Assembly (NCBI GenBank): GCA_903830985.1 | Contig: CAIKVZ010000293.1 | Location: 3,785 to 67,784, forward strand | Reading direction: 5' to 3' | Source: an uncultured beta proteobacterium | GTDB taxonomy: Bacteria; Pseudomonadota; Gammaproteobacteria; Burkholderiales; Burkholderiaceae_C | Length of the DNA: 64,000 nt | Part shown: positions 46,422 through 55,894 of the stretch, piece by piece | Layout: each line of letters starts with the position of its first letter | Numbering within the stretch: position 1 is the first letter of the stretch | The notes under the pieces: model-generated | What the model saw: only the letters and a program-made list of their open reading frames with translations | The model's database searches: none | What the model was told of the DNA's origin: nothing | Position numbers and translations under genes: made by a program

Positions 46422-47918
46422 CTATGCCAGCCGCAACGCCAGTTCCTGCGCGTCCAGTGGCTCGATCCAGCTGAGTTGTTTGTCCAGCACGGCCAGCGTC
46501 GCTTCCGAGGCATCGCGCCCCGCCGCCTGACGCGCGACGATGCGCTCGCGCAGTTGCTCTACGGTGGCCTGGGGAGCGCAAATGGCGAAGGCCGCACCGC
46601 AGTCCTGCGCCAGCGCGGCAAAGCGCGCGCGTTCGGCACGGCGCAAAAAAGCCGCGTCCACCACCACCGACCAACCGGCACGCAGCAGCATCTGCGCCAG
46701 TTCATGCAGGCGCTCGTAGGTGCGCACATGGGCGTCGGGGGCATAGAGGCCGGCGTCCAGCGCAGAAGCACTGGACTGCAGCGCCGACAGGCCATGCAGG
46801 CGCTTGCGTTCCACGTCCGAGCGCAGCCTCAGGGTACTGGCTTGCGGGTCGTCCAGCAGAAGCCGGCTGCTGGCCCGGGTCTTGCCGCAACCCGACAGAC
46901 CATGCGTGATGACCAGGCGCGGCGCGGGCGGCGCGGCCAGGTGCTCGGCCAGGGCGAGGTAGGTCAGCGCCTCGGCGCCAGCGCCAGGATCCGCCTGTCC
47001 CCCGCGGATGGCCGCCACCTTGGCCCGCACCAGTGCCCGGTACACGGCATAAAAGCGCAGCAGCTGCGCAACCTCGTAGTCGCCACTGGCGCTCAAGGTT
47101 TGATCGAGCAGCCAGTTCGCCAGGCCGGGCTGCCGGTGCTGGATCAGGTCCATGGTGGTGAAGGCGAGTTCGCTCGCCACGTCTATCCAGCGCAAGTCCT
47201 CGTTGAACTCGATGCAGTCGAACAAGCGAACATGCCCGTCCAGCAGCACCAGGTTGCCCAGATGCAGGTCGCCGTGGCATTCCCGCACCCTGCCCTGTGC
47301 CTTGCGCGCCAGCAGCAGCGGCGTGAGTCGGGCGTGCTGTTCCTGGGTCCAGCGCCGCAGGGTGTCCAGTCGGGTCTGGCTGGCGGCAGGCAGCAGGCCG
47401 GCGGCGATCGTGAGGTTGTCCAGGGCGGGCGCCAGCACACGCGCCGGTGTGCCAAAACGCGAGTCCTGGGGCGCGACCGCGGCAGAGGCGTGAAAGGTCA
47501 CCAGGGTTTGCGCCAGATCGCTGATATGCGCGGCAGTCAACGCTCCCCTGGCGCAGACGTGATCCAGACGCCCGGATTCATCAAAGCGCCGCATCTTCAC
47601 GGCGTATTCGATGGCCACGCCCCCGCCGCCCAGCACTGGCGCGGCCGGCGTGCCGCCGATCGCCACCATCTCGAGGTAAATGTCCGGAGCAAAGCGCTGG
47701 TTCAGACGAAGTTCGTCAAGGCAGCAAGCGCGCCGCTGTTCCAGCGTGGCGAAGTCCAAAAAAGCCAGCGTCACCGGCTTCTTGACCTTGTAGGCATAGT
47801 CGCCGGCGAGCAGCACCCAGGAGATATGCGTCTGCACCAACTCCACGGTTTGCACCGGATGCGGGTAATGCCGGGCCTGCAGCAGGGCGGCGATCAGGGG
47901 CGGCAAGGCTAAGGACAT
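46422..47918 (-). CDS. Fusion protein: aminoglycoside-phosphotransferase-like kinase domain + P-loop (AAA_33/gluconate-kinase-like) domain
   Basis: In-frame part of track ORF 46422..48665. The start MSLALPPLIAALLQ is residue 250 of that ORF, which places it at 47918 by track arithmetic. Kinase block CHGDLHLGNLVL, then P-loop THGLSGCGKT. Confidence 0.8.
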   Translation of the reverse strand: MSLALPPLIAALLQARHYPHPVQTVELVQTHISWVLLAGDYAYKVKKPVTLAFLDFATLEQRRACCLDELRLNQRFAPDIYLEMVAIGGTPAAPVLGGGGVAIEYAVKMRRFDESGRLDHVCARGALTAAHISDLAQTLVTFHASAAVAPQDSRFGTPARVLAPALDNLTIAAGLLPAASQTRLDTLRRWTQEQHARLTPLLLARKAQGRVRECHGDLHLGNLVLLDGHVRLFDCIEFNEDLRWIDVASELAFTTMDLIQHRQPGLANWLLDQTLSASGDYEVAQLLRFYAVYRALVRAKVAAIRGGQADPGAGAEALTYLALAEHLAAPPAPRLVITHGLSGCGKTRASSRLLLDDPQASTLRLRSDVERKRLHGLSALQSSASALDAGLYAPDAHVRTYERLHELAQMLLRAGWSVVVDAAFLRRAERARFAALAQDCGAAFAICAPQATVEQLRERIVARQAAGRDASEATLAVLDKQLSWIEPLDAQELALRLA

Positions 47919-48023
47919 ACGAGCATGGTGCCAGATTTGCCGCGTCGCTGCGTCGTCGATCCGCAAGGGCGACAGGGTAAACTGAAATTTTTGCGTGCCT
48001 GATGGCACGCCGCGTACGCACCG

Positions 48024-49262
48024 ATGCCCTTGCCAACGAAACCCATGACAGAAAATCGATCCGACACCATCCGCCCCGTCCTGGCCAGCGACCTGGCAGC
48101 GCTGCCGTTGATCGAAAAATGGGTCGCTTTTGCCTCGGTTTCGCGCGACAGCAACCTGCCCCTGATCGAGTGGACAAGGGAGCTGCTCGTGGCCCAGGGC
48201 GCGGTCTGCCGCCTGACCTACGACGACACCGGCAAAAAGGCCAACCTGTGGGCCACCCTGGCGGCGCATGACGGAGAAACCCAGGTCGGCGGGCTGGTGC
48301 TGTCCGGCCACACCGACGTGGTGCCAGTGGACGGCCAACCCTGGGACACGGACCCGTTTGTGGCGCAGGTGATTGGCGACAAGCTGTACGGCCGCGGCGT
48401 GGCCGACATGAAGGGCTTCGGCGCGACCGTGCTGATGATGGTGCCCGAACTTGTCAGACGCCAACTCAGGCACCCCGTGCACCTGGCCTTCAGCTACGAC
48501 GAAGAGGTCGGCTGCATCGGCGTGCGCCGGCTGATCGCCGACATGATCGACCAGGGCTTCAGGCCCGCGGGCTGCATCGTGGGCGAACCCACGGGCATGC
48601 AGGTGGTGATCGCGCACAAGGGCAAGCACGCTTACAGGACTTCGGTGCGCGGCTTTGAGGCGCATTCATCGCGCACGCCGCAGGGCGCCAATGCGGTCGA
48701 GTTCGCCTGCGAATTCGTCGCCAAGCTCAAGTCCATGCAGCGCCGCCTGGCGGCCGAAGGCCCGTTCGATCCGCAGTTCGACGTGCCCTTCACCACCATT
48801 CACACCGGCGTCATCTCTGGCGGCACGGCGCTCAACATCATCCCGCGCGACTGCCACGTCACTTGGGAGATCCGGCATCACCACCTGAATTCACCGCTCG
48901 CCCTGTTCCACGAGGCCAAGACCTTTGCCGAAAGCCTGCTGCCCGAGATGCAGGCGGTGTCGCCGGACACGGGCGTCACGCACAAGCAGCTGTCGGTCCT
49001 GCCCGGTTTCGCCACCGAGGCGAGCAGCGAGATCGCGCAACTGTGCTACCGCTGCGGTGAGCTCGACCCCGGCGTGGGCGCCGGCAAGGTGTCCTATGGC
49101 ACGGAAGCTGCACTGTTTCACCAGGTTGGCGTGCCCACGATCGTGTGCGGCCCCGGCCACATCGCGCAGGGACACCAACCGAACGAGTGGATCTCGCTGG
49201 CGCAGCTGGCCTGGTGCGAGCGCTTCATGCACCGGCTGGCGGACGAGATCTGCGTCGACTGA
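48024..49262 (+). CDS. argE: M20-family deacylase, acetylornithine deacetylase-like
   Basis: 412-aa ORF with LSGHTDVVP, GRGVADMKG, YDEEVG, GEPTG. An alternative start MTENRS lies at 48045. Confidence 0.8.
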   Translation: MPLPTKPMTENRSDTIRPVLASDLAALPLIEKWVAFASVSRDSNLPLIEWTRELLVAQGAVCRLTYDDTGKKANLWATLAAHDGETQVGGLVLSGHTDVVPVDGQPWDTDPFVAQVIGDKLYGRGVADMKGFGATVLMMVPELVRRQLRHPVHLAFSYDEEVGCIGVRRLIADMIDQGFRPAGCIVGEPTGMQVVIAHKGKHAYRTSVRGFEAHSSRTPQGANAVEFACEFVAKLKSMQRRLAAEGPFDPQFDVPFTTIHTGVISGGTALNIIPRDCHVTWEIRHHHLNSPLALFHEAKTFAESLLPEMQAVSPDTGVTHKQLSVLPGFATEASSEIAQLCYRCGELDPGVGAGKVSYGTEAALFHQVGVPTIVCGPGHIAQGHQPNEWISLAQLAWCERFMHRLADEICVD

Positions 49263-49301
49263 TTCGCCCCAATTAACCCGCAACAACCCCTAAGGCCCCC
49301 C

Positions 49302-50261
49302 ATGATCGTCCGCAGAGATTTCCTGAGCACCGTTTTGGCGCTGACCTGCCTCCCAGCCTGGGCCCAGTTTTCGGGAAAGGTGCAGCGCATCGTCGTTCCT
49401 TATTCCGCCGGCGGCGTGCAGGACCTGCTGGCGCGCGCGATCTCGATCGAGCTGGGCCAGGCCCTGGGCCAGAGCGTGATCATCGAGAACAAGCCGGGCG
49501 CGGGCGGCACCGTGGGCACGGCTTATGTTGCCAAGTCTGCGCCCGAAGCCGGCGTGATGGTGCTGGCCGCAGCCAGCCACAACATCGCCGGCTCGCTCTA
49601 CAGCAAGCTCAGCTACGACCCGCAAAAGGATTTCGCCCCGATGGCCCACATCGGCACGGCAGGCTATGTGCTGATGGTTCATCCTGACGTGCCGGCCAAG
49701 ACCGCGGCCGAGTACATCCGTTACGTCAAGGCCAACCCCGGCAAGCTGAATTACGCGACCGCAGGCATGGGCAGCGCAACGCACCTTTCCATGGCCTACT
49801 TCAACGGCCTGGCCGGCATCGACGTGGTGCACGTTCCGCTCAAGTCCACGGGTGAAGCCATCACCGAAGTGATCTCTGGAAGAGCGCAGGCCGTGATCGC
49901 CGCCAACATCGGCGCCCTCCCCTTCGCCAAGGACAGCCGCATCAGGCTCATCGGCGTGACCTCGCCCAAACGCTCCAAGTACCTGCCCGAGGTTCCGTCG
50001 ATCGCCGAAAGCGGGCTGCCCGGCTACCAGTTCGACTCCTGGTTTGGCCTGCTGGGCCCGGCCGCTACGCCGCCCGCGCAAGTCGCTCGCGTGCATGCGG
50101 CCGTCGCCAAACTGCTCGTCGACCCGGTGGTGCTGGAGCGTCTGGACAGGCAGGGCATCGAGCCGCTGGCCATGAGCAACGTCGACTTCGCGCGACTGCT
50201 GACGCAGGACTACGAGCGCATGGCCCGGGTGGTGAAGGCGTCCGGCGCAAAATTGGAATAG
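49302..50261 (+). CDS. Bug-family (TctC-like) tripartite tricarboxylate transporter substrate-binding protein
   Basis: 319-aa ORF with a Tat/Sec-like N-terminus RRDFLSTVLALTCLPAWA and blocks VVPYSAGGVQDLLAR, ENKPGAGG. Confidence 0.9.
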   Translation: MIVRRDFLSTVLALTCLPAWAQFSGKVQRIVVPYSAGGVQDLLARAISIELGQALGQSVIIENKPGAGGTVGTAYVAKSAPEAGVMVLAAASHNIAGSLYSKLSYDPQKDFAPMAHIGTAGYVLMVHPDVPAKTAAEYIRYVKANPGKLNYATAGMGSATHLSMAYFNGLAGIDVVHVPLKSTGEAITEVISGRAQAVIAANIGALPFAKDSRIRLIGVTSPKRSKYLPEVPSIAESGLPGYQFDSWFGLLGPAATPPAQVARVHAAVAKLLVDPVVLERLDRQGIEPLAMSNVDFARLLTQDYERMARVVKASGAKLE

Positions 50262-50288
50262 GCGGCCCGTGAAATATCTGGCTGACAT

Positions 50289-50639
50289 ATGGCGCCGAGC
50301 AACCGGAGTGGCCATTTGGAACAAGTGATCGGTACGCTTTTGGGCTGGCTGTTGCGTGCGGCCTTGCTCGCCATGGGGCTGGTGTTCATCGCCAGTCTGT
50401 TGCTCGTGGCCGGCACCCTGTTCGCCCTGTGGCTGCTGCGCGCGCTGTGGCTGCGGCTCACCGGTCGCCCTGTCACACCCTGGGCCTTCAAGTTCAACCC
50501 ACGCGCGCAGTGGGGGCGCTTTCATGCGGCGACTGCACCCGCCGCGGACCGATCCGCCAAGGCGCAGCACACCAAGGAAGCAGTTGGCGACATCACGGAC
50601 GTCGTGCCGCGCGAAATCAAGCCGGACAGCGAGCGTTAG
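50289..50639 (+). CDS. Hypothetical small membrane protein
   Basis: 116-aa ORF with two hydrophobic helices (LLGWLLRAALLAMGLVFIASLLLVAGTLFALWLL). I recognise no family, and support is weak. Confidence 0.4.
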   Translation: MAPSNRSGHLEQVIGTLLGWLLRAALLAMGLVFIASLLLVAGTLFALWLLRALWLRLTGRPVTPWAFKFNPRAQWGRFHAATAPAADRSAKAQHTKEAVGDITDVVPREIKPDSER

Positions 50640-50742
50640 CCGCTCCCGGCCTGCAGCACCGTCCATCGATTGACGTGGATCAATCACAGTCTCTGCCATA
50701 AAGCGTGAAATGGCTGCGACCCCGCTTCAAGGAAAGTCTGCC

Positions 50743-52290
50743 ATGAACCTGCACGACATCAAGATCTCCACCCGGCTGATCCTCGGCTTTGGCACGCTGG
50801 CGCTGTTGATCGCAATGCTGGGCGCGATGGCGCTGTTCAAAGTGAACGTCATGAGCGACATGTTCGGCCAGGTGGTGAACGATCGCCTGCCCAAGATCGT
50901 CGCCATCACCGACACCAAGGGCGACATCAACCTGATAGCCATCGCCCTGCGCAACATGATCCTCATGAGCGACAGCGAGCAAATCGTGAAGGAAGCGGCG
51001 CGCATCGAAAGCGCGGACAAGCGTGTCACCGGCCGATTGCTCAAGCTTGGCGAAGAACTCCAGTCGACTGAGGGCAAGGCTGCGCTGGCCAAGGTCACCG
51101 CGGCGCGCGCCAGTTACGCCACACTGCAGGCCGAGGCGGTGGATCTTGCTGGCGCGGGCCAGACCTTCGAGGCCAAGGCGCTGCTGCTGGACAAGGTGCG
51201 CCCGGCGCAACAGGGCTTCTTCGAGGCCCTCGACGCCCTGCTCACCTTCCAAGACAGTCTGCTGGACCAATCGACCGACGCGACCCAAGCCGCCGCCGCC
51301 AGCATGCAATACGCCATCCTGGCCACCATCGCAGTCTCACTGGCACTGGCGGCGCTGATGTCGGTCTGGACCATGCGCTCCATCCTGCGCCCCTTGCGCC
51401 AGGCGGTGCGGGTGGCGCGCGCCGTGGCCGATGGCGACCTGAGCACGCGCTTCGACGCCAGTGGCAGCAACGAGACGGCGCAACTGCTGAGCGCACTGCA
51501 CGACATGCAGACCAGCCTGGTGCGTGTCGTCGCCGAAGTGCGCCAGGGCTCGCTGGGCGTGGCCACGGCCAGCGCCGAAATCGCCCAGTCCGATCTGGAC
51601 CTGTCGGCGCGCACCGAAAGCCAGGCCAGCTCACTCGAGCAAACGGCGGCCTCGATGGAACAGCTCAGTGCGACAGTGAAGCAAAACGCCGACAGCGCGC
51701 GTCAGGCAAACCACCTCGCCATGAGTGCCAGCGCAGTGGCAGCCCAGGGCGGCGAAGTCGTGGGTCAGGTGGTACAGACCATGAAGGGCATCAACGAGTC
51801 CTCGCACCGCATCGCCGACATCATTCAGGTGATCGACGGCATCGCGTTTCAGACCAATATCCTGGCGCTCAACGCGGCCGTGGAAGCCGCGCGTGCCGGC
51901 GAGCAAGGCCGCGGCTTTGCCGTGGTGGCGAGCGAGGTGCGCTCGCTGGCCGGGCGCAGCGCCCAGGCCGCCAAGGAAATCAAGTCGCTGATTTCCGCCA
52001 GCGTGGAGCGCGTGGGTCAGGGCTCGGCGCTGGTCGATCAGGCGGGCAGCACCATGGCCGAAGTGGTCAGCAGCATTCGCCGCGTCACCGACCTCATGGG
52101 CGAAATCAGCGCCTCCAGCAGCGAGCAGAGCCTGGGCGTAGCGCAGGTGGGCGAAGCGGTGGCTCAGATGGACCGCGTGACGCAGCAAAACGCCGCTCTG
52201 GTGGAGGAAATGGCCGCCGCCGCGGCGAGCCTGAAGACCCAGGCCGAAGGCCTGGTGCAAACCGTGTCGGTGTTCAAGCTGGAACACTGA
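50743..52290 (+). CDS. Methyl-accepting chemotaxis protein
   Basis: Track ORF 50710..52290 with the start moved to MNLHDIKISTRLILGFG. Four-helix-bundle ligand domain, HAMP, and signalling hairpin IAFQTNILALNAAVEAARAGEQGRGFAVVASEVRSLA. Confidence 0.9.
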   Translation: MNLHDIKISTRLILGFGTLALLIAMLGAMALFKVNVMSDMFGQVVNDRLPKIVAITDTKGDINLIAIALRNMILMSDSEQIVKEAARIESADKRVTGRLLKLGEELQSTEGKAALAKVTAARASYATLQAEAVDLAGAGQTFEAKALLLDKVRPAQQGFFEALDALLTFQDSLLDQSTDATQAAAASMQYAILATIAVSLALAALMSVWTMRSILRPLRQAVRVARAVADGDLSTRFDASGSNETAQLLSALHDMQTSLVRVVAEVRQGSLGVATASAEIAQSDLDLSARTESQASSLEQTAASMEQLSATVKQNADSARQANHLAMSASAVAAQGGEVVGQVVQTMKGINESSHRIADIIQVIDGIAFQTNILALNAAVEAARAGEQGRGFAVVASEVRSLAGRSAQAAKEIKSLISASVERVGQGSALVDQAGSTMAEVVSSIRRVTDLMGEISASSSEQSLGVAQVGEAVAQMDRVTQQNAALVEEMAAAAASLKTQAEGLVQTVSVFKLEH

Positions 52291-52303
52291 GGGTTGCCGG
52301 GCC

Positions 52304-52918
52304 GTGGAACTCGAGTTCTTCCTGCTGCTGCTGACACTGGCCTTCGCGCTGGCGCTGCGCCCCTGGCGCATGCTGGCCAACGGCGCGCTGCTGTCGCCCC
52401 TGCTGGGAACCCTGGTCGTCCTGCCCTGGCTGTGGGCCCTGCCGCGCCTGCACACCATGCCGCTGCCACTGCAACTCTCCGGCGCCTGCGCCGTGACGCT
52501 GATGCTGGGCTGGCCGCTGGCGGTTCCGGTGCTGAGCCTGGTGGCCTGGCTGTCGGGCTGGATCGCCCCGGCGGAGCTGGATGCACTGGCGGCCCAGGCG
52601 CTGTGGCAGGGCGCCGTACCGGCCACGTTGGCCCTGCTGCTGGGCGCGGCACTGCGCCGCTGGCTGGGCACGCACCCCTTCATCTACATCCTGGCGCGGG
52701 CCTTTGCGGGAACCGTGCTGTGCACTTTTTGTGCCGCGCTGCTGGCGCAGTGGGCCGGGCATGAGCTACCCCACATCGGTCCCGACCTTTCCGCGGTGGC
52801 GCGCTGGTTGCTCGCCTGGGGCGACGGCATCATCACCGGCATGATGGTGGCGATCTTTGTCGCCTACCGCCCCGAATGGCTGGCCACCTGGTCGGACCGG
52901 CTCTATCTCAAGAACTGA
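52304..52918 (+). CDS. Hypothetical polytopic membrane protein
   Basis: 204-aa ORF with five to six hydrophobic segments, starting 14 nt after the chemoreceptor stop. No family assigned. Confidence 0.55.
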   Translation: MELEFFLLLLTLAFALALRPWRMLANGALLSPLLGTLVVLPWLWALPRLHTMPLPLQLSGACAVTLMLGWPLAVPVLSLVAWLSGWIAPAELDALAAQALWQGAVPATLALLLGAALRRWLGTHPFIYILARAFAGTVLCTFCAALLAQWAGHELPHIGPDLSAVARWLLAWGDGIITGMMVAIFVAYRPEWLATWSDRLYLKN

Positions 52919-52944
52919 GCGGGACGACCCGGCCCCTGAAGGCA

Positions 52945-54819
52945 TCAAAGAAAGCCGATGGAGATCCAGGGCACGAAGGCCACGATCACCGTGCCCACAA
53001 ACAGCGCCGCCATGTAGCCCACGATCGGGCCTATGCCCTCGTCCGGATTGACCCGGCCGATGGCGCAGGCGGCGTAATAGCCCACACCCAGCGGCGGCGC
53101 AAACAGGCCCAGGCCCATGGACAGCACCACCACCATGGCGTAGTGCACGTCGTGCACGCCGAGCTGGCGCGCAATCGGGAACAGCAACGGACCAAACAGC
53201 ACGATCGCCGGTATGCCCTCCAGCACCGAACCCAGCACCGTGAAGGCCAGGATCGACACCGCCAGAAACATCGGAGCGCCGCCCGGCAGTTCGGCCATGG
53301 CCTGGGCCAGCATGCGCGAGAAGCCCGACTGTGTGAGCCCCCAGGCCATCGCCGTGGCCGTGCCGATGATCAGCAGGATGGCGCCCGACAGCGAAGCCGT
53401 TTCCACCAGCATGGGACCGACGCGCTTGAGCGGAAACTGCCGGTAGATCAGCACCCCCGCCAGGATGGAATAGGCGATGCCGATGGTCGAGACCTCGGTC
53501 GCCGTGGCCACGCCCTGCACCACGGCCGCGCGGATCACGAACGGCAGGGCCAGCGCCGGGAAGGCGATGACGAACAAGCGACCCACTTCGGCCTTGGGCG
53601 TGCGCTTCACCTGGCTCAGGTCTTCATGCCGGTAGCGGCTCCACACCACCCCGCACAGCAGGGCGCCCAACACCACGGCCGGCAGCAAGCCACCAGTGAA
53701 CAGCGCGGCGATGGAGATGCCGGTGACCGAACCGATGGTGATCAGCACCAGGCTGGGCGGTACGGTCTCGGTCTGCGCGCCGGTGGCCGCCAGCAGTGCC
53801 ACCAGATCGCCCGGCTTGGCGCCGCGCGCCTTCATCTCGGGAAACAGCGCCGGCGCAATCGCCGCCATATCGGCCGCCTTGGAGCCCGAGATGCCCGACA
53901 CCAGGTACATGGCGCCGACCAGCACATAGGACAGTCCGCCCTTGACGTGACCCAGCAGCGCCGCAAGGAAGGCGATCATGGCGCGCGCCATACCGGTCAT
54001 CTCGATCAGCAGGCCCAGAAAGACGAACAGCGGCACGGCCAGCAGGATCAGGTGCGACATGCCCTCGTCCATGCGCCCCACGATCACCGGCAGCGGCGTC
54101 GTGGTGGTCAATGCCAGGTAGCCGAAGGTGGCCAGGCCAAACCCGAAACCAATGGGAATCCCGGCAAAGACGCAGCCACCGGCGACGCCAACAAAGAAGA
54201 TCAGCAGATTGAAACGCCCCAGGCCCGCGAACAACGGCGCGGCCAGCCAGAAAGCGGCGGCGATGCCGGCGACGATGGCCAGCGCCTGCAGCACCGGCTT
54301 CCAACTCAACTCTCCCGCCTGGCGAAACAGGCGCAACAGCGTGAACACGCCCATGAGGCCCAAGCCGACCGGCAGGGCCGCGGCGCGCCACAGGTTGGAG
54401 ATCTCCAGCGCTGGCGTCGTGATCGCCTGCTCGTCGGCCGCGTACTCCCAGGCCGGCCAGGCGACCATCGCCAGAAAGGCGCCGCAGGCCACCGTAGCCA
54501 CGGCCTCGAGCAGGGCGCGGCGCTGCGACGAAGCCTTGCTCACCAGCGCCGTCATGCGCAAGTGTTCGCCGCGGCGCAGCGCCACGACCGAGCCCAGCAT
54601 GGCCAGCCACAGGAAAAGAATCGATGCGAGCTCGTCCGACCACAACAACGGGTCATGCAGCACGTAGCGCGACACCACGCCGGCAAACAGCACGCCGATG
54701 TCGGCCAGCACCAGCAAGGCGGCCGGCACCTCGACCAGCACACCCAGTGCCCGGTCGATGCGTGCTGGCCAGCTGTTCTGCGAACCAGCGGCCATCACCC
54801 CGTGATGGCCTGCGCTCAT
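52945..54819 (-). CDS. TRAP transporter fused small/large permease (DctQ-DctM)
   Basis: 624-aa ORF. The DctQ-like N-terminus contains WSDELASILFLWLAMLGSVVALRRGEHL, followed by a DctM-like polytopic region. 4-nt overlap with the upstream DctP-like gene. Confidence 0.9.
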   Translation of the reverse strand: MSAGHHGVMAAGSQNSWPARIDRALGVLVEVPAALLVLADIGVLFAGVVSRYVLHDPLLWSDELASILFLWLAMLGSVVALRRGEHLRMTALVSKASSQRRALLEAVATVACGAFLAMVAWPAWEYAADEQAITTPALEISNLWRAAALPVGLGLMGVFTLLRLFRQAGELSWKPVLQALAIVAGIAAAFWLAAPLFAGLGRFNLLIFFVGVAGGCVFAGIPIGFGFGLATFGYLALTTTTPLPVIVGRMDEGMSHLILLAVPLFVFLGLLIEMTGMARAMIAFLAALLGHVKGGLSYVLVGAMYLVSGISGSKAADMAAIAPALFPEMKARGAKPGDLVALLAATGAQTETVPPSLVLITIGSVTGISIAALFTGGLLPAVVLGALLCGVVWSRYRHEDLSQVKRTPKAEVGRLFVIAFPALALPFVIRAAVVQGVATATEVSTIGIAYSILAGVLIYRQFPLKRVGPMLVETASLSGAILLIIGTATAMAWGLTQSGFSRMLAQAMAELPGGAPMFLAVSILAFTVLGSVLEGIPAIVLFGPLLFPIARQLGVHDVHYAMVVVLSMGLGLFAPPLGVGYYAACAIGRVNPDEGIGPIVGYMAALFVGTVIVAFVPWISIGFL

Positions 54820-55832
54820 ATCAGCTTGCCGGTGTACTTCTCGAGCACCTTCCAGGCTTCTTCACCGAACTTCTTGTGCCACTCGGCGTAGAAGCCGGCT
54901 GCGCGCAGCTTGTTGCGGAACAGCTCGGCGTCGGTGTTGTTGAAGGCCATGCCCTTGCCCTTGAGCTCGGCCACCAGACCGTCGGTCAGCGCCTTCACGT
55001 CGTCGCGCTCCTTCATGCCGGCGGCGTTGATGTTGCGCGTCACGATGTCCTTGAGGTCCTGCGGCAGGCGGTCGAAGGATTTCTTGTTGCCCAGGAACCA
55101 GAAGCCGTCCCACATGTGGTTCGTCACCGAGCAGTATTTCTGCACTTCGTTGAGCTTGGCCGTGGCGATGATGGCCAGCGGGTTTTCCTGCGCGTCCGCC
55201 ACCTTGGTCTGCAGAGCCGAATAGACCTCGGCGAAATTGATGGTCAGCGGCGACGCCTCGAAGGCCTTGAACATCGAGACCCAGAACGGGCTTGGCGGAA
55301 TGCGGATCTTCAGGCCCTTGAGGTCGTCGGGGTTGGTGATCGGCTTGGTGCTGGTGGTGATCTGGCGGTAGCCGTTGTCCCAGATCTTGTCGAAGGCGAA
55401 CAGCGTGCTGGAAGCGGCGATCTGCTTGCGCACATGGGCGCCCAGTTCGCCGTCCATGGCCGACCAGACCTGGCTGTAGTCCTTGAAGGCAAAACCCACA
55501 CCGCTGATCTGCGCTGCCGGCACCAGCGTGCCCAGGATCAGCGGCGACAGGGTGAAGAAGTCGAGCGCGCCGGAGCGCACCTGCGACAGCATGTCGGTGT
55601 CATTGCCCAACTGGTTGTTCGGATAGACCTGGAAGTCGATGCGACCCTTGGACTCGGCGTTGATGGCGGCTGCCATTTCGGCGGCGCGCTTGTTCATCGG
55701 ATGCGCCACGGGCAGGTTGTTGCCGTACTTGAAGGTGAACTCGGCCGCCTTTTGCGCCAGCACCTGACCGGTGCTCAGCGTGAGTGCTCCGGCGCTGGCG
55801 CCGGCGAGAAGGGTACGTCGTGTGATCTGCAT
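54816..55832 (-). CDS. TRAP transporter solute-binding protein (DctP family)
   Basis: 338-aa ORF with Tat-like ITRRTLLAGASAGALTL and blocks FKYGNNLPVAHPMN, QLGNDTDMLSQVRSGALDF. Confidence 0.9.
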   Translation of the reverse strand: MQITRRTLLAGASAGALTLSTGQVLAQKAAEFTFKYGNNLPVAHPMNKRAAEMAAAINAESKGRIDFQVYPNNQLGNDTDMLSQVRSGALDFFTLSPLILGTLVPAAQISGVGFAFKDYSQVWSAMDGELGAHVRKQIAASSTLFAFDKIWDNGYRQITTSTKPITNPDDLKGLKIRIPPSPFWVSMFKAFEASPLTINFAEVYSALQTKVADAQENPLAIIATAKLNEVQKYCSVTNHMWDGFWFLGNKKSFDRLPQDLKDIVTRNINAAGMKERDDVKALTDGLVAELKGKGMAFNNTDAELFRNKLRAAGFYAEWHKKFGEEAWKVLEKYTGKLI

Positions 55833-55894
55833 GGTTTTGTCTCCTGTTAACTGGTTGAAAATTTTTTTAAGGGCTGCCGACTATAGCCTCAGCC

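Noticed and set aside
47919-48665. 249-codon N-terminal extension of the kinase/P-loop ORF (track 46422..48665)
   Set aside because: The extension overlaps the well-supported argE-like gene on the other strand and has junk composition. The internal Met (MSLALPPLIAALLQ) gives a sensible protein.
52876-54891. 671-aa plus-strand ORF
   Set aside because: It lies antisense to the fused TRAP DctQM permease. It is extremely Arg/His/Gln/Gly-rich and has no hydrophobic pattern or motif.
55862-55894. Rho-independent terminator after the acyl-CoA ligase gene
   Set aside because: There is only a 5-bp stem (GGCTG...CAGCC) that abuts the stop codon, and the following run on the transcribed strand is UUAAAAAAAUUUU, not a clean U-tract. 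This is too weak.
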